64,000 nt of DNA from Lingula anatina (taxonomy: Eukaryota > Animalia > Brachiopoda), in assembly GCA_051362555.1 (NCBI GenBank), contig CM120643.1, forward strand, positions 11,036,001 through 11,100,000, in the 5' to 3' direction. Under the pieces are notes generated by a model. It made no database searches. It saw only the letters and a program-made list of their open reading frames with translations, and had not been told where the DNA came from. The position numbers and the translations under genes were made by a program. This document shows, in pieces, positions 39,528-52,647 of this stretch. Position 1 is the stretch's first letter. Each line of letters begins with the position of its first letter.

Positions 39528-39821
39528 TTACCCTTTATCTTCCATTACCTTTACCAAAGTTGTGGCAGCAAACGCTTTTGTTAAGGAGGCGATATTAAAC
39601 AGCGTGCTATTTGACACGGGTTGATTGCTTTCTCTGTCCATCACTCCATAACTTTTTGCTATGACACTTTGCCCGCCTTGTACGACGGCGAGTGTTAGTG
39701 CAGGGGCGTTGAAACAAGCCATCGTTGCGTTGATCAGATCGTCGATCCTCTCCTCCATTCTGGTCGCTAAGCCATAGCATATGCACGATAAAACAAGACT
39801 GAGTAAGATGATGATATGCAT
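35438..39821 (-). CDS. Secreted serine beta-lactamase/PBP-fold hydrolase, copy B
   Basis: Exons 39821-39532, 38634-38461, 37047-36778, 36507-36251, 36081-35438. SxxK, YxN (LYNNQMY) and HTG motifs are intact. Confidence 0.92.
37564..37820. mobile_element. Palindromic Harbinger-like MITE in copy B intron 2
   Basis: GGCGGAGTTCACATGAAAAATCTATTTTC ... GAAAATAGATTTTTCATGTGAACGCAGCC; almost entirely hairpin; absent from copy A. Confidence 0.85.
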
Positions 39822-39876
39822 AGCACTTGTACATGTACGTTCTTTTGGATCTGCCCTGATGAGAGTGGACTAGACG

Positions 39877-40045
39877 CAGGGGCGGATACAGAGCTATTTT
39901 CTGACAGTCTTCCAAGTTATCTTTGTTGATCCATCCTCCATTTTGACCGTCTTCCGACAGATAAAAAATTAGATACCCGTCAAGGTAAACTTGAAAATCT
40001 GACCGTCTTCTGGAAGACCCAGAAGACGGCCTAAATCCGCCCCTG
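39877..40045. mobile_element. MITE CAGGGGCGGAT...ATCCGCCCCTG with 5-bp TSD AGACG (hAT5-like), 55 bp upstream of the copy B ATG
   Basis: Perfect 11-bp TIR. AGACG on both sides. Empty site in copy A. Confidence 0.88.
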
Positions 40046-41236
40046 AGACGTGCAGACTGAGTAAGATAAAGCGTCGATGCAAAGGTCATGCTGCGGTCAG
40101 GCGGTGCAGCCTGAAAGTTGCTTACCAAACAAACCTTGGCAAAATGAAAGGTTTGCAGCAACGACTTTGCAAGAGTTGAAAAGTAAAAAAATAATTCTGC
40201 TAATTTGCTGCAAATTCACTGCAAATTTGCAGCAGACCTGATATTTTGCTTAGGGAAGAGATCGCGAACGAGCTGGGTTGACTTCTACTATGTTCATTTG
40301 CTTTTCGTGTTTGCATTCTCTATCCGTAGATAGCCATGTAGTTACATATTTCAAGCAGTTAATGATAACAATTTAAGTAGGTTTAATGATAATGCCTTCA
40401 ATGCCTATGCTATAAATAGCTAGAAATCCTGTCAAGTTGAGAAATACAGATAATTCTGAATGCATTCCTCGCAATGAACTAGACCTTTAGCTGGCTGCCA
40501 ATCTTCGACAACTGTAAGCCAATCAGGACAATCAGCGTGCTGTATCTTTTCTAAGTGCCTCAAGTCCTGTCATTAGACATAGCTGTTATTCTGTTATTGG
40601 GTATAATTTTTCAACTAGCAAAAAACACGCCTCGGATAAATCTCATTGGCTATGGTACCGCCGCTGCGCGAAAGAAATGGGCTCAAAAACCTAGTTGCCT
40701 GTTAAGGTAGTGGTTTTCACGAACGCGAGGTTTTTGGGAAAAATGCCATAGAAGGTTTTTCTCTGGATCTTGAAACTCGACCCGATCTTAGTAAAAATGA
40801 TGAAAAGGGTCACTTTGAAGATTCTGCAAAAGACAGTATATTTCCTGAACATTTATCAAGCGCGCATGCTGATCTATTTCCCAAAAACGTATCGTGATCC
40901 GTATATGAATTTCATCATATAAATAAAGATTTTTATATTTTAGTTGCATTGTTGGAACACATTATAATCTGTTAATTATGCATGAATATCTTCCATCATT
41001 GTTCCACAGTAGGCCTACATAAAAACAGAATTAATTATAGTTTAATTACCATATCCGACATGTAGGCCTACAATAGCCTATTGTTTACCTTTCAGCCTTT
41101 TTGTGTTATATGTTGACAACCACCTGTAATCTCAAACACGGTTCTTTACTTTAGAATACTCATAACTGCAGAATATCCCTTTGTATTAGAATTTTATTGT
41201 CAGTGACAACTGTTTAATCTGCTGTATATGCTGAGC

Positions 41237-41488
41237 CAGGGGCGGATCCAGGATTATTTGAAGGGGGGGATCCGCGGATGCGAAGCCGACCCTTTTCCTC
41301 CCCCCCCCTCCCCCCTTGGCGTGGGGTTCGAAAATTTTTGGTATTTTAGAGGGTGAACAATGCCATTTGGTGCGGTGTAGAACTATGATTCAGCTAGTCA
41401 AAATTCTAATTTCAAGAGGGGACCAGAAATTGAAAGGGGGAGGGGTGGTCAGGACCCCCTTGACCCCCCCCCTTTAAATCCGCCGCTG
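41237..41488. mobile_element. CAGGGGCGGATCCAGG MITE with 5-bp TSD TGAGC
   Basis: TIR and TSD directly visible. Confidence 0.85.
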
Positions 41489-42270
41489 TGAGCCCCGTAT
41501 AGGACCCAGCAGAGATATCTTTAAATTAAGCCCTCTGTGGTAACAAATTAAAGAATGCCTCCTGTAACAGAGATACTAGTTAGTAGTTGAAAATGGTATT
41601 CCTTACGAACAATCTGACGCTTAAAATAAAAAGAAAGGTCCAGTTAAAATGTGTGTAGCTCATTTCCCCATAGATACATGGTCCCATGAAAATATTGAAA
41701 ACAATAATCTGGTCAGTTCAATTTTAATAAAGACAATATAGGCCCAAACATCAATTCGTTTCTTTCATAGGTTTCAACATTTGCCAAAGAATACATGTTC
41801 TTCACCAAGTTAGTCGTGAAAGAAATAAGAAAAAATTCCAAAAAAATATATATACACAATCTGTATTTTTCATCAAAGACACTTTTGACTACTTATAATT
41901 TTAACTGGCGTCCACAGGTTGTCCCTTACAATCCAAAACGAGGTCCATGGTTGGAGGGGTTTGAACTCTCGTTACTCAGATCACACAGTAAATTTGTACA
42001 AAGACCAAACAAGCCTTCAGCTGAAATTCCAACAATGTATAGAAATAATATCAACTTTTCCACAAATTGGTTAGGCAAATTCACCCAACAAAATACACTC
42101 AATGGTCTAACGATAGCAAAAATAGCACGATAAATAAACGAGAATCTGCGAGGTTTAACGAGACCTCAGTGTTTTGGTCCGCATGGTGAACGTAAACAAT
42201 CACCTGTCGACGGAGTCCACCATATTTTCAGCTAGACAACTGTTACATTACGGGGAATTACAACGCTAAA

Positions 42271-43978
42271 ATGTCGTTAGTGAACGTGACTGATGGAACT
42301 GTGGCTTTACCCACAAACTATTCTGTAGACAAAAGCATAAAACACAGACGTGAGTAGAAAATAATTTGATTTTTTCAACTGTATACAGATTTTGTCCTGT
42401 TTGAACGTCTTTGACGTTGAGACACAGTGTGTTGGATGAGTTGACGTGAAGTTGAGTGGGAAGTAATATTTACCTTGGTTGGATTAATTAACTTGAAGTT
42501 GAATGGGAAGTAGTATTTACCTGAACCTTAAAGGTCCTGCTCTGGTATTTACCTATGTACTAGCACGAAAATCCATGCGTTAATTAGCACTCCTATTGAC
42601 GATTCTGATATGTACGGTACTGGCTGGCAATGCACAGCCAGTACATATCAGAATCGTCAATAGGAGTGCTAACGCATGAATTTTCGTGCTACAGGACCTA
42701 TGTACCTGCTAAAAAAAGCAGAGTAAAGCCTTTAAAAAATGGAACTTGGAAGGAAAGGGGTTAAATGAAGTACATGTACACATCTGCACGAAGATTGTCT
42801 TCGACTTGAAATTTGAATTAAAATGTGGCTGTCAGTGTCAACATTGTCAAACTGTATGTTTATAATGGTTCGAATTGCTATTGGAGAGAGGGTATTATTC
42901 TAATATGTCTTTTTACTGTGTCATCGTTTCTCTTAGTGCTCATCCCTCAAGATGGACATGGTCAAGTTGAAATCCTATGTCAATACATGTTAAAACACAA
43001 AACATTTTTCCTTCAAAATAATCTGCCTCATGTGTACTGTTTCAGTGCCAGCACTTCAAGCAACACCAGTATTAGACTATGACTTTCTTAGAAGACTTTG
43101 CAAGGATCCTGGATTACAAAACAGGTATGTAAACTATAATTTGGGGGGGGGGGGGGATCTTAAAGAACTAGGTTTTTTGTTTGTTATCTTTTTGCTTAAT
43201 TTATTAATTCTTTTAGTTTTGCTTTTCTTGTCCAAGACTTAGTTTTTCAGTCTCTTTAACAAAAAGATGAGGTTAATTACAAAAAAAGTTGTAAATGCTT
43301 TGAAAATACAGTCTAACCATTTCTTACTAACAGACACAACCCAGAAACCACAGAAGAGGCACATGAGCATTTCATGAAGAATTACCATAAGATGTTTATT
43401 GATCCACATGCCCATCTCAAGTCAAAGCCTCCTGGAGAATTGAATACAGGGTAAGAAAAAACAATTGGGATACATTTAAAAAATCTGTGTTAATTGATGG
43501 CAGTGGTGTGGTTAAGACTAATAAAACCAGTTTTACTTTTTTTTTTTGGTGTGGAATGGGAAAAATATACGCATGTTACGACAAAAAGTAAATTTATTTT
43601 AATGATTTAGGTATGTCTTCATTCTCGTGATTGCGTTATTATTATTATTATTGTTATTATTATTATTCACTCGTTTTTATTTGATAAAATGTTTCTCAAT
43701 ATTGCTCTGTAAATGTATTGAATTTCAGAGAAAGGAAGAAAAAAGCCTCACATCCAAGCTTGATATCACATGCAACTGGTAAGGGCTTATTATTCTTAAT
43801 GCTATGCAACAAACAACTTTACAATTTGCATGACAAACTGTTCTCATTCTAAAAGGCACATAGGCCAATTATTGATGCAAATTACTTGGTTAACTTCATC
43901 TTGCAAGCATTTTTAAGCACTGTATCCAACATAAAACTGTTACCACCTCTGAACATCATCAACTTTTGTGAGTGATCT

Positions 43979-44059
<81 letters not shown>

Positions 44060-44169
44060 TGCAATTAATAAATAAATAAACAAAAGACATGCAATAACCC
44101 CGACTAATTAATTGCAATTGTGTACAAATGCTCCGGACTGTTGAGCACTCTGTTCCACGCTCACGCTTG

Positions 44170-44223
<54 letters not shown>

Positions 44224-44756
44224 TTTGCATCCAAAAAAGCTCTCATGTTTTCAGATGACCAAAACTCTGTATAAAATAATGTTTTTATTCACAAAATATT
44301 ATTGCTTCATTCTGATATGGAAATGTTGCCTCCTTTGCATTTATATTTTACACATTAAGCCTTCTAACTTTTTCATAATTTAAGCTTATCGAATACAGGA
44401 CTCCCTTTATTAAGTTACCAATCAATACCCATTTTATTTGCTAAATATAGACCTAGTTCTTAACAAACTCACTCATATAGCACATAAACAAATTTCCATG
44501 GCAAATAATTTTTATGCTTAACTTTTCTAGGGGGTTACACAGGCAATGTGCCAGCAATGAAGGATTTTCCTCAAAAATCATATCCCATAGATACCATCAC
44601 TCACAATGTTGGAGACTACCTTCCATTTCTACATAAAGAAAGGAAAATATCAGATCCAAAACATGTCAGAAAACAGGGTATCAAAACGCTAAGGAGACTG
44701 ACCAGAAAGTAGTAAGTTGAACTCTCGGTACTAGCCTGGCCTTCCAGTGTTGTGTG

Positions 44757-44791
<35 letters not shown>

Positions 44792-46653
44792 TTAAAGGAA
44801 CAATTTTCATGGAAAAAAATATTAGGAAATGGAAAAATGCTGTAGAATAGCCTTAAAATTGAATGTTAGTAGTTGATCTTTACTTTAGCTTCCATGCATA
44901 TCAATATAACAGCATTACCTTTTTGGAACATGAGAGAAACATCAACTTAGAGCCGTGGGTAGTCTGCTAGTAAAAAAAACTACAACAAACCTCAATTTTG
45001 GACTGATGTTTAGTCTGCTAGTATAGAAGACTATTAAAAACTGCAATAAGCACGTGTTGTATAAAGGTTTGATGCAGTAAATTTGTAGAGATTTCTCCTT
45101 TTTTTTTTTTTTTTTTTGCAATGCCCCTATTACAGGAAGGTTGTGCATGTGTCAGAAAAACAGTGTAGATAAAGAACTGGACATTGACATATGTTTTTCT
45201 TAATCTGTGAAAAACACATCAGTAAATAGACATTTTCTTTTTTATAATTGATACTAAACTGTCATATTGATGTTTGTCTTACATTTGAGAGAATGTGATA
45301 CATTGTGGAGTGATGCAATGTTACAAAAGTAACTTTTTCTTTGTATTTCTTTAATATCTGTATCTTTAATTGCATGTGTTCACATATAAATAATGATATC
45401 AGCCAGTGCTATTTTTCTTTATCTTTTCAATATTTCAGCCCCTTTGAGAGGACAACAGATGAAAATAAAGTCATATTTGATATACTGAAGAAGATGCCTG
45501 TTATAACAAGACAAGTGCCCTCAGAACGTGTGCTCAAGGAATTAGCTGTTGTAGTTACCATAGATATCTGGAAAGAGCCAGAATTCACAGGTGGGCATAG
45601 GAGGCCTCTTGGGAGAAAGACAACTCTTCAAACTCAAAGTGAATTATAGACAAACATAAATAATGATGAAATTTGGCTTTGGAAATAGGGAAAAGTACAC
45701 AATCTGTGATTTTAGATCTGGCCACATGCCAAATGCCAATATAAACTTGGGACCAGGCCAACAAAATTTTATGAATAAGTTATTGGTCACTGTTTCTGAT
45801 TTGGGACACCAGATTCTTAGACAGCAGACCTTCATGGACCCTAGAGGCCAATAGCTTTTTAAGTGTTTGGCACAGACTGAATATGTAAAATATTTTTCAA
45901 TTCTTTGCATACCGGGTAATTTATGGTTGATTTAGCTAACATTTTAATTTTTTATTTGTATCAAAATATCCCTCAAATTATTGCAAAAAGGATTCCACAC
46001 CAATGTGCGTCCAGAGAGAGAGAAAAAAGTAATTGTTAAGTTTATTTTTTAGTTATTAACTACTGTGGCCACAGAGAACGCACTATTAGAGTTACTTCTT
46101 GTCTATACCCCTCGTAGTGTAAATTTGTGGCTCAGTTATTTGATCTAACACCCCATTCTCATAGATTAGATCGACCTACATTGGATCGACCTAACTCCCT
46201 GGGGGTTCACGCTAAATAGCTGTCAGCCGGGCGGACACGAAAGTTAATTACCCCTTAAAGCTTGTAGTAGGCGGGGACGGACACTTAAGGGGGATTATCT
46301 GACAGTAATCTAGTGAGACTCCCCGCGGTGATAGATCGATCTAAAAGTTGTGAGAACAGAGCCTAAGAAAGAGTGACAAAAAATTTACATCAGAAAAATT
46401 TTACAAATGAGGCATGTTAAATTTAAGTTTTCAATTACTTTAAGTAATCTTTTAAACTTTTTTTATCCAGTGTTTGGTAACACAGGGTTACATTTGATCC
46501 TGAAGGGTTCTGTGTCTCCACTGGCAATACCATATGTAAGGACGGAATCGAATGTGGCTGCTTTCAACAGAGTGCCCACACCAACACCATTTGAAGAGGA
46601 TGTCGTAAGTATATACTTATGTCATGTTCAGGTTTGCAGGCAGGCGTCTATGT

Positions 46654-46684
<31 letters not shown>

Positions 46685-47619
46685 GGGGGAAGGGGGGGTT
46701 GCTGCTCCATTTTGCTCATCTCAGGTCTGCTCTTTATCAATTCATTTTTTGCACTTGATCCTCTAAATTTAACATAATATCACTTTGATCTGTGAGAGAA
46801 AATTAAAACCTGTTCAATCTTTTTTTTTTCTCCATTTTTATGTTTAAGTATGTCTTGTTATTCAAATTTGTGTTGGTAAGAAAATTCTTTGTTGAAAATT
46901 TCAGCTGACAGTTGGAGAAGTATTTGGTACTTTAGTCAAAGTAGAGGGAAGAGAGCCGAACAGCAGGTGACTTTTTCACTTTCATTTGAAGTGGTGAAGT
47001 GGTCTGATTTTTTAATGTTTTTTTTATTGTATTTTCTAATCTGTAACTCCGTGTATATACACTTACTGTACATTTTAGTACTCACACACTGTAGCTCATT
47101 CTAGAAGAATTCATGGCCCATGTGAAAAACAAGTTTAACAATAATTCAGTTGACTTGCGTATAGTAAATTCAAAAACATTCCTATTTTCATAGGTGTTCA
47201 CTTTTCTTAAAGAAGATTTTGTCACCAATATTTTCAAAACTATTTTAACCAGTGTATTATATTATCTTCTCTTCCTCAGGCTTTTGACAGTTAAAACTCT
47301 TGAGACAAACTGTGAGTTCCTTCGCATCACAACAACAGATTATAAAAGAGTTATAGAGCAGATTGAGAATCGTGACCAGACAGAGAAAACCAATGTTCTT
47401 TCATTCTGTTCATCCTATAAATACTGGCCACGTCAGCCTCTGTTAGCTTTGGCTAACTTAATAGAATGGACTTCTTTCCAAGCAAACACAGGTAGAGAAT
47501 ATGTTCGGATATTTAATCATTTGAGTATGAAGAGGGTGGGTGGTTCAGGTAGAAAACAAATAGTTTTATTAGTACTCTAATTTAGGATAATTTTTATTGG
47601 CTGTCATCTGTAATTATAG

Positions 47620-47684
<65 letters not shown>

Positions 47685-49175
47685 GTTCCACTTGATTTAA
47701 TTTTTTTAACGTATATGTGGTAATTTGTATATCATGAATTGTATGGAAATAATTTGCCATGTGAAGTCTTATTTCTTGATTTGATATGTACAATGAATGA
47801 TATGGATACAGTGACACAATACAGGTTATCTGCATAAATCAATTATCAAAATAATAAAGCATGGGCGGGATAACAACTGAAACCAATTTATATCAGATAT
47901 AATGATCTTGATGTTATTTTGCAAAATATATTTGAGTTCAAATTGTTTCTTATCTTCTAGTGTTGGTGAGTGAAGGGTTTAATGCCCCCTTCATAGGGTT
48001 CATCAGATCTGGAGAGTGCCATGTGCTGCGCCAAGTGGACGTTAAACACACTTTACCCAATGGAAAACAGGTACAGAATAGTGGAAATCCTTTTTAACAC
48101 ATGTATGTCATATGAAATGCAATAAAAAAAAATGAAGAATGAAGCCCAGTACTTAACAGACATATGTATGAAATACTAAATATTCTTTGAGATTAATTTT
48201 GATATTCTGAATGATATTCTGGAATTAGTTGTTTTTTTTATCTTATGCCAGCTGAACATTGTTCTTCTTTTTTATTATTTTAAATGTAATTTCATGTATA
48301 AAGTATACTGATCACAACCTTAATAACAGTGACCTTGGGAATATTTAAAATCAACTTCATTATGATATTTAAAATTTTACCAACATAGAAAGCAATATTT
48401 AATGACCAACTGAACATTGAGACGGTGTGAAAATAACAAGTTCTTTACTACTTTAATACCAGAATCCTGTTATGCTCTATTTTTAGGAGCAGAGAACCAA
48501 GCAAGTGGTGATGGGAAAGTTGACAGAGTCACAGTCATTTGGGGAAATCAGTGTGCTGCTGGATGAACCAATGACCTGCAGCATAGTAGCATCTACACAT
48601 TTGGAAATGGGAATAATAGATCCAACAAAATTGAAAGGTACAGAATGAATAAAAAAAAAAGAAATAGTTGTCATATTTTTATCTTTAATGCTCGAATTAT
48701 GTGTTGGTAGGTCTATTGAGAGTGTTTCTAACTCTGTAAAATTTGTTCTTGGTACTTGTGTTGAAATAAGTTTACTCACCTGAGAGGATTATTACGCGCC
48801 TTACAGGTCTTCTCATTTTCACACTTTAAATTCAAATTTTGATAGCTGTAATTACTGTGTTTTGAGTCTTGTTGATATTGTGGTAGATGAAACATACATT
48901 CCAAAGCTTTATAATGCTGACAAGACTCTTTTTTAAAATGATTTTGAGTTTTATCTTTTATCATTTTCTTTTTTTCAGAACTAGATGAAGTGACACTGCA
49001 GTTGCTTAAACAGTCAAATCAGAGAACATTTGGCAACTTAACACAAGAAGATATTCACGAGGAATACATGCAACAAGAACTGAAACGAGAGTGGAACGAA
49101 TACAAGCACAGCATTGTAGTGGACGCTATCAACACCAGGGGAATCAGGCCTGGCTACGGGAAATGGGCAAAATAA
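42271..49175 (+). CDS. CNBD1: Cyclic nucleotide-binding domain-containing protein 1 homolog
   Basis: Approximate exons: 42271-42349, 43046-43124, 43334-43450, 43729-43778, 44531-44710, 45439-45590, 46471-46604, 46903-46965, 47280-47491, 47961-48070, 48487-48637, 48978-49175. Peptides [59 protein letters not shown] and [24 protein letters not shown] match recalled vertebrate CNBD1 motifs. Confidence 0.85.
42561..42691. mobile_element. Hairpin MITE in CNBD1 intron 1
   Basis: TAGCACGAAAAT..TAGCACTCCTATTGACGATTCTGATATGTAC and its reverse complement. Confidence 0.75.
46149..46363 (-). mobile_element. ~215-bp MITE with TAA TSD (Harbinger-like), family copy 1
   Basis: Reverse complement of 49329-49543. 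TAA on both flanks. Confidence 0.8.
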
Positions 49176-49328
49176 TGAACTTCTCCCTTAATCACGAAGC
49201 ATTAAAACTTGTTTCTTTTTTTAATCTATTTATTTTCATTTTTATTTTTACCCTACATCACATTACCCACTGTTAATCTGTGACAAAAGCTTTGGTAACT
49301 ATTGACCATACCAAACTCCAGAGACTAA

Positions 49329-49543
49329 GGCTCTATTCCCATAGATTTTAGATCGATCTATCCCCGCGGGGAGTCTCACTAGATTACTTTCAGATAATCC
49401 GACTTAAATGTCCGTCCCGCCTACTACAAGCTGTAAGAGGGTAATTAACTTTCGTGTCCGCCCGGCTGACAACTATTTAGCGTGAACCCCAAGGGAGTTA
49501 GGTCGATCTAAAGTAGGTCGATCTAATCTATGGAAATGGGGTG
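49329..49543 (+). mobile_element. Same ~215-bp MITE, copy 2 (CNBD1 3' UTR region)
   Basis: TAA flanks; short TIR core TTCCCATAGAT/ATCTATGGAAA. Confidence 0.8.
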
Positions 49544-49756
49544 TAAGGCTATGTTCAGAATAGATGTTAACATACTAGTATGATCTATCTATCTCTGCAG
49601 GGATTCTCACTTAGATGCAGTCAGTGTAATCAGCTGATTTGTCTGGCATGTCCTTTCACAAAGCAACATGAACAACATCAAGTTTTCCCGACTTAATCCA
49701 AGTACTTAAAGTCATGAAGCCAGGTTTTGGAAAATGGGCAATCTAACAAGGTTAAA

Positions 49757-49970
49757 GGGTGCATTCCCATAGATTTTAAATCAATCTATCCCCGTGGGGA
49801 GTCTCACTAGATTACTGTCAGATAATCCGGCTTAAATGTCCGTCCCGCCTACTACAAGCTGTAAGGGGGTAATTAACTTTTGTGCCGGCTCGGCTGACAG
49901 CTATTTAGCGTGAACCCCCAGGGAGTTAGGTCGATCTAGTTGGATCCATCTAATCTCTGGGAATGGGGTC
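49757..49970 (+). mobile_element. Same ~215-bp MITE, copy 3
   Basis: High identity to 49329-49543. Confidence 0.8.
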
Positions 49971-50908
49971 AAAGATTAGCCATAAAATTAAGAATTATAA
50001 ATTTTAAAGAATATTATTTAAGTGGTTAACCTGCATCATATATTACCCAATAAGCACAAATCCTGGTATCAGTATGGAAATGGACTGATGAACAATGGAT
50101 TTTGAACATTCAGTGATTGTTTTATCTTTTTTTAAGTACACTCTTGTACAGTATGTACAGTCATTCTGTATATTTATGAAATAGTAAAAGACTGATATAT
50201 ATATTCCTGGTTCATTTCATTTTTGATTTAAGGATAACTGGACTCCAATCGGATATTCTCAGAGAGAAATATGGGTCATATGTTTATCACTGTAATATGG
50301 GCACACAAAGAATAAGCACTGTTCATCGTTTGTAAACAATGACAAGATGAAAAGCTCATGCACTGTTATCATGTGTGTTTTGTGCTATGATCTGCAAAGA
50401 ATATACGTAATTTTGCAGAGCACAGTTTAATACTACATACAATTTTGTTAAATGAGAATAAGAGGATTTATGACAAGTTATTATTAAGGGGGTCAAAGCA
50501 TAGGTTGGTCATTTCAACAACGCATTATAAGGGCACATTCGTATTCCGACATCATAACAGCTGGTTCCGTCTTACTCTCTACGGAATGTGCAATAATGGC
50601 GTGATCATCTTATTGACTTATTTGCTCCTTTATAAGCAGGTAACGGAAATTGTTTAACTATAAAAAATGCAATACGTTTTATTAGCCTTATTCTGGTCAA
50701 CAATGTTTCTGGGGAAAATGCTGCAGGGTGCTTTAAATTTCCACCTTTGCCTGGATCTATTTTACATAAAGACTACATGCAGTTTTTATTTCTTGTTTAA
50801 CAGATTGCAGTGTTAAAATTGACCTTAGATACGGTTGTGCTGCCTTATATTGTGTTAAGTTAATACATAAAATCGATCTCATTAAATAAGGAAAACATCT
50901 TGGTAGAG

Positions 50909-50943
50909 CTTTTCTTGAGATATTAGTGGTTCTGAAAAGGACC
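50909..50943 (-). promoter_or_regulatory. Histone 3' stem-loop plus purine-rich downstream element
   Basis: Minus strand AAC-GGTCCTTTTCAGAACC-AC (50943-50928), followed by CAAGAAAAG (50917-50909). Confidence 0.85.
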
Positions 50944-50971
50944 GTTTGTTTTCTCAATGATAGGTTTGCTC

Positions 50972-51379
<408 letters not shown>

Positions 51380-51632
51380 TTAAAATAGTATAGTGATAGT
51401 TCTGATGGCTTGAAACATTATTAAATGCCTTTTTAAATCATTTAAACTGAACAAGAAAGGCCCAATTAGCTTGTTACTAAGGTAAATCACTTCCTTAGCA
51501 ACGGTTGCTAAGCAACGCTTTGAAATTTTGGGCACTGCCCTTGAAAATGATCAGCATGGTCCAAAGAACATTTGTGCCAAGTTTCATGCTTTTTTCACCT
51601 TTTGAGCAATTTTTTCACCAGTCATCTAGACT

Positions 51633-51778
51633 TACCCTGAGCGTCAGAGCAACGTAAAAGCTAGCTTGCTAAATATACCTTGTGGTGGAGTCGCTTTTAC
51701 TTTTACTGGTATTGCTACTATGGGTTATATATGAAATCAAGATCGAGCTGGCAATACCGGAATCTAGAACCTAGGGTA
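51633..51778. mobile_element. MITE TACCCT...AGGGTA with 8-bp TSD TCTAGACT
   Basis: TCTAGACT at 51625-51632 and 51779-51786. Confidence 0.8.
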
Positions 51779-52108
51779 TCTAGACTATAAGGGCCGGCAC
51801 TGTCAGTCGATTCTCGGTGATTTTTGGGTGTTTTCAATAAGGGCCGACTCACTCATTGAAACAGCATGTTTTAATCGATATTAAAACAAGTTCATTTTTT
51901 TTTTTTTTTGGGGGGGGGGGGGTATACCTAGTAATCGATGAAATATCAGCATTCACCTTATTTCCCTGGTGTTTAGTTTTGTGGCAGTATCAAAGAAATA
52001 TGAAATATGAAAGTATTCATGATAGAAGATGCATGCGCGATATTAGTGGAATTAAGCGGTGTGTTTTAACTAGTTTTGTCAAATCTACGTGTACATGTAC
52101 ATGTACAT

Positions 52109-52354
52109 CAGGGGCGGATCCAGGATTTATTAACGGTGGAGGGGTCCGATTTTGTTACGGGTTCACCCCCTTGGCGTTAGGTTAGGGGCACGCACTAGGG
52201 CCCTCTAAAATTTGGTGTTTTAGAGGGCGAATTGCACCCATTTAGAACTATGATTCAGCTAGATGTTTTTGGTACAATTTTTGTAAATCAGAAATCGAAG
52301 GGTAGGGTCCAGAATCCCCCACCCCACCTCCGACACCCCCTAAATCCGCCACGT
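52109..52354. mobile_element. CAGGGGCGGATCCAGG MITE with 5-bp TSD TACAT; inverted partial copy at ~52398-52553
   Basis: TSD visible. 52245-52300 is inverted at 52430-52495. Confidence 0.8.
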
Positions 52355-52629
52355 TACATATATTTGACTGTGAACATTCGTGAACAGTTTCAACCACAAT
52401 GGAGGATAAAAGGGGTGTCAGGGGAGTCCGGACCTTCCCCTTCGACTTCTGATTTACAAAAATCGTACCAAAAATGTCTAGCTGAATCATAGGTCTAAAA
52501 AACCAATTTTTTTTTGGGGGGGGAGGGGGGGGGGCTACTAGAGCGTGCCACTGTACATGTATTTGACCGTGAACATTCGTCTACAGTTTCAACCACAGTC
52601 CCTCACCTAAAATGAGCCATACCTGTCTT

Positions 52630-52647
52630 TAATTTGCATAACAATAA
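52630..52647 (+). promoter_or_regulatory. Sox-Oct composite motif TAATTTGCATAACAATAA
   Basis: Octamer ATTTGCAT abutting a Sox site ACAAT; identical inverted copy at 59987-60004. Confidence 0.55.

Larger units (their letters stand above)
21030..42008. repeat. Tandem segmental duplication: unit 1 ~21030-33555, unit 2 ~33605-42008
   Basis: Colinear high identity across the LINE end, all exons and introns, and upstream DNA (33290-33555 matches 41745-42008). AT-rich filler of ~50 bp at the junction. Confidence 0.9.

Noticed and set aside
22449-39821. Bacterial contamination or an antibiotic-resistance gene
   Set aside because: Both copies have four GT-AG introns containing eukaryotic TEs and microsatellites.
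43980-44222. ORFs with YI/IY or poly-F/K runs
   Set aside because: Translations of (TA)n and poly(A/T) microsatellites.
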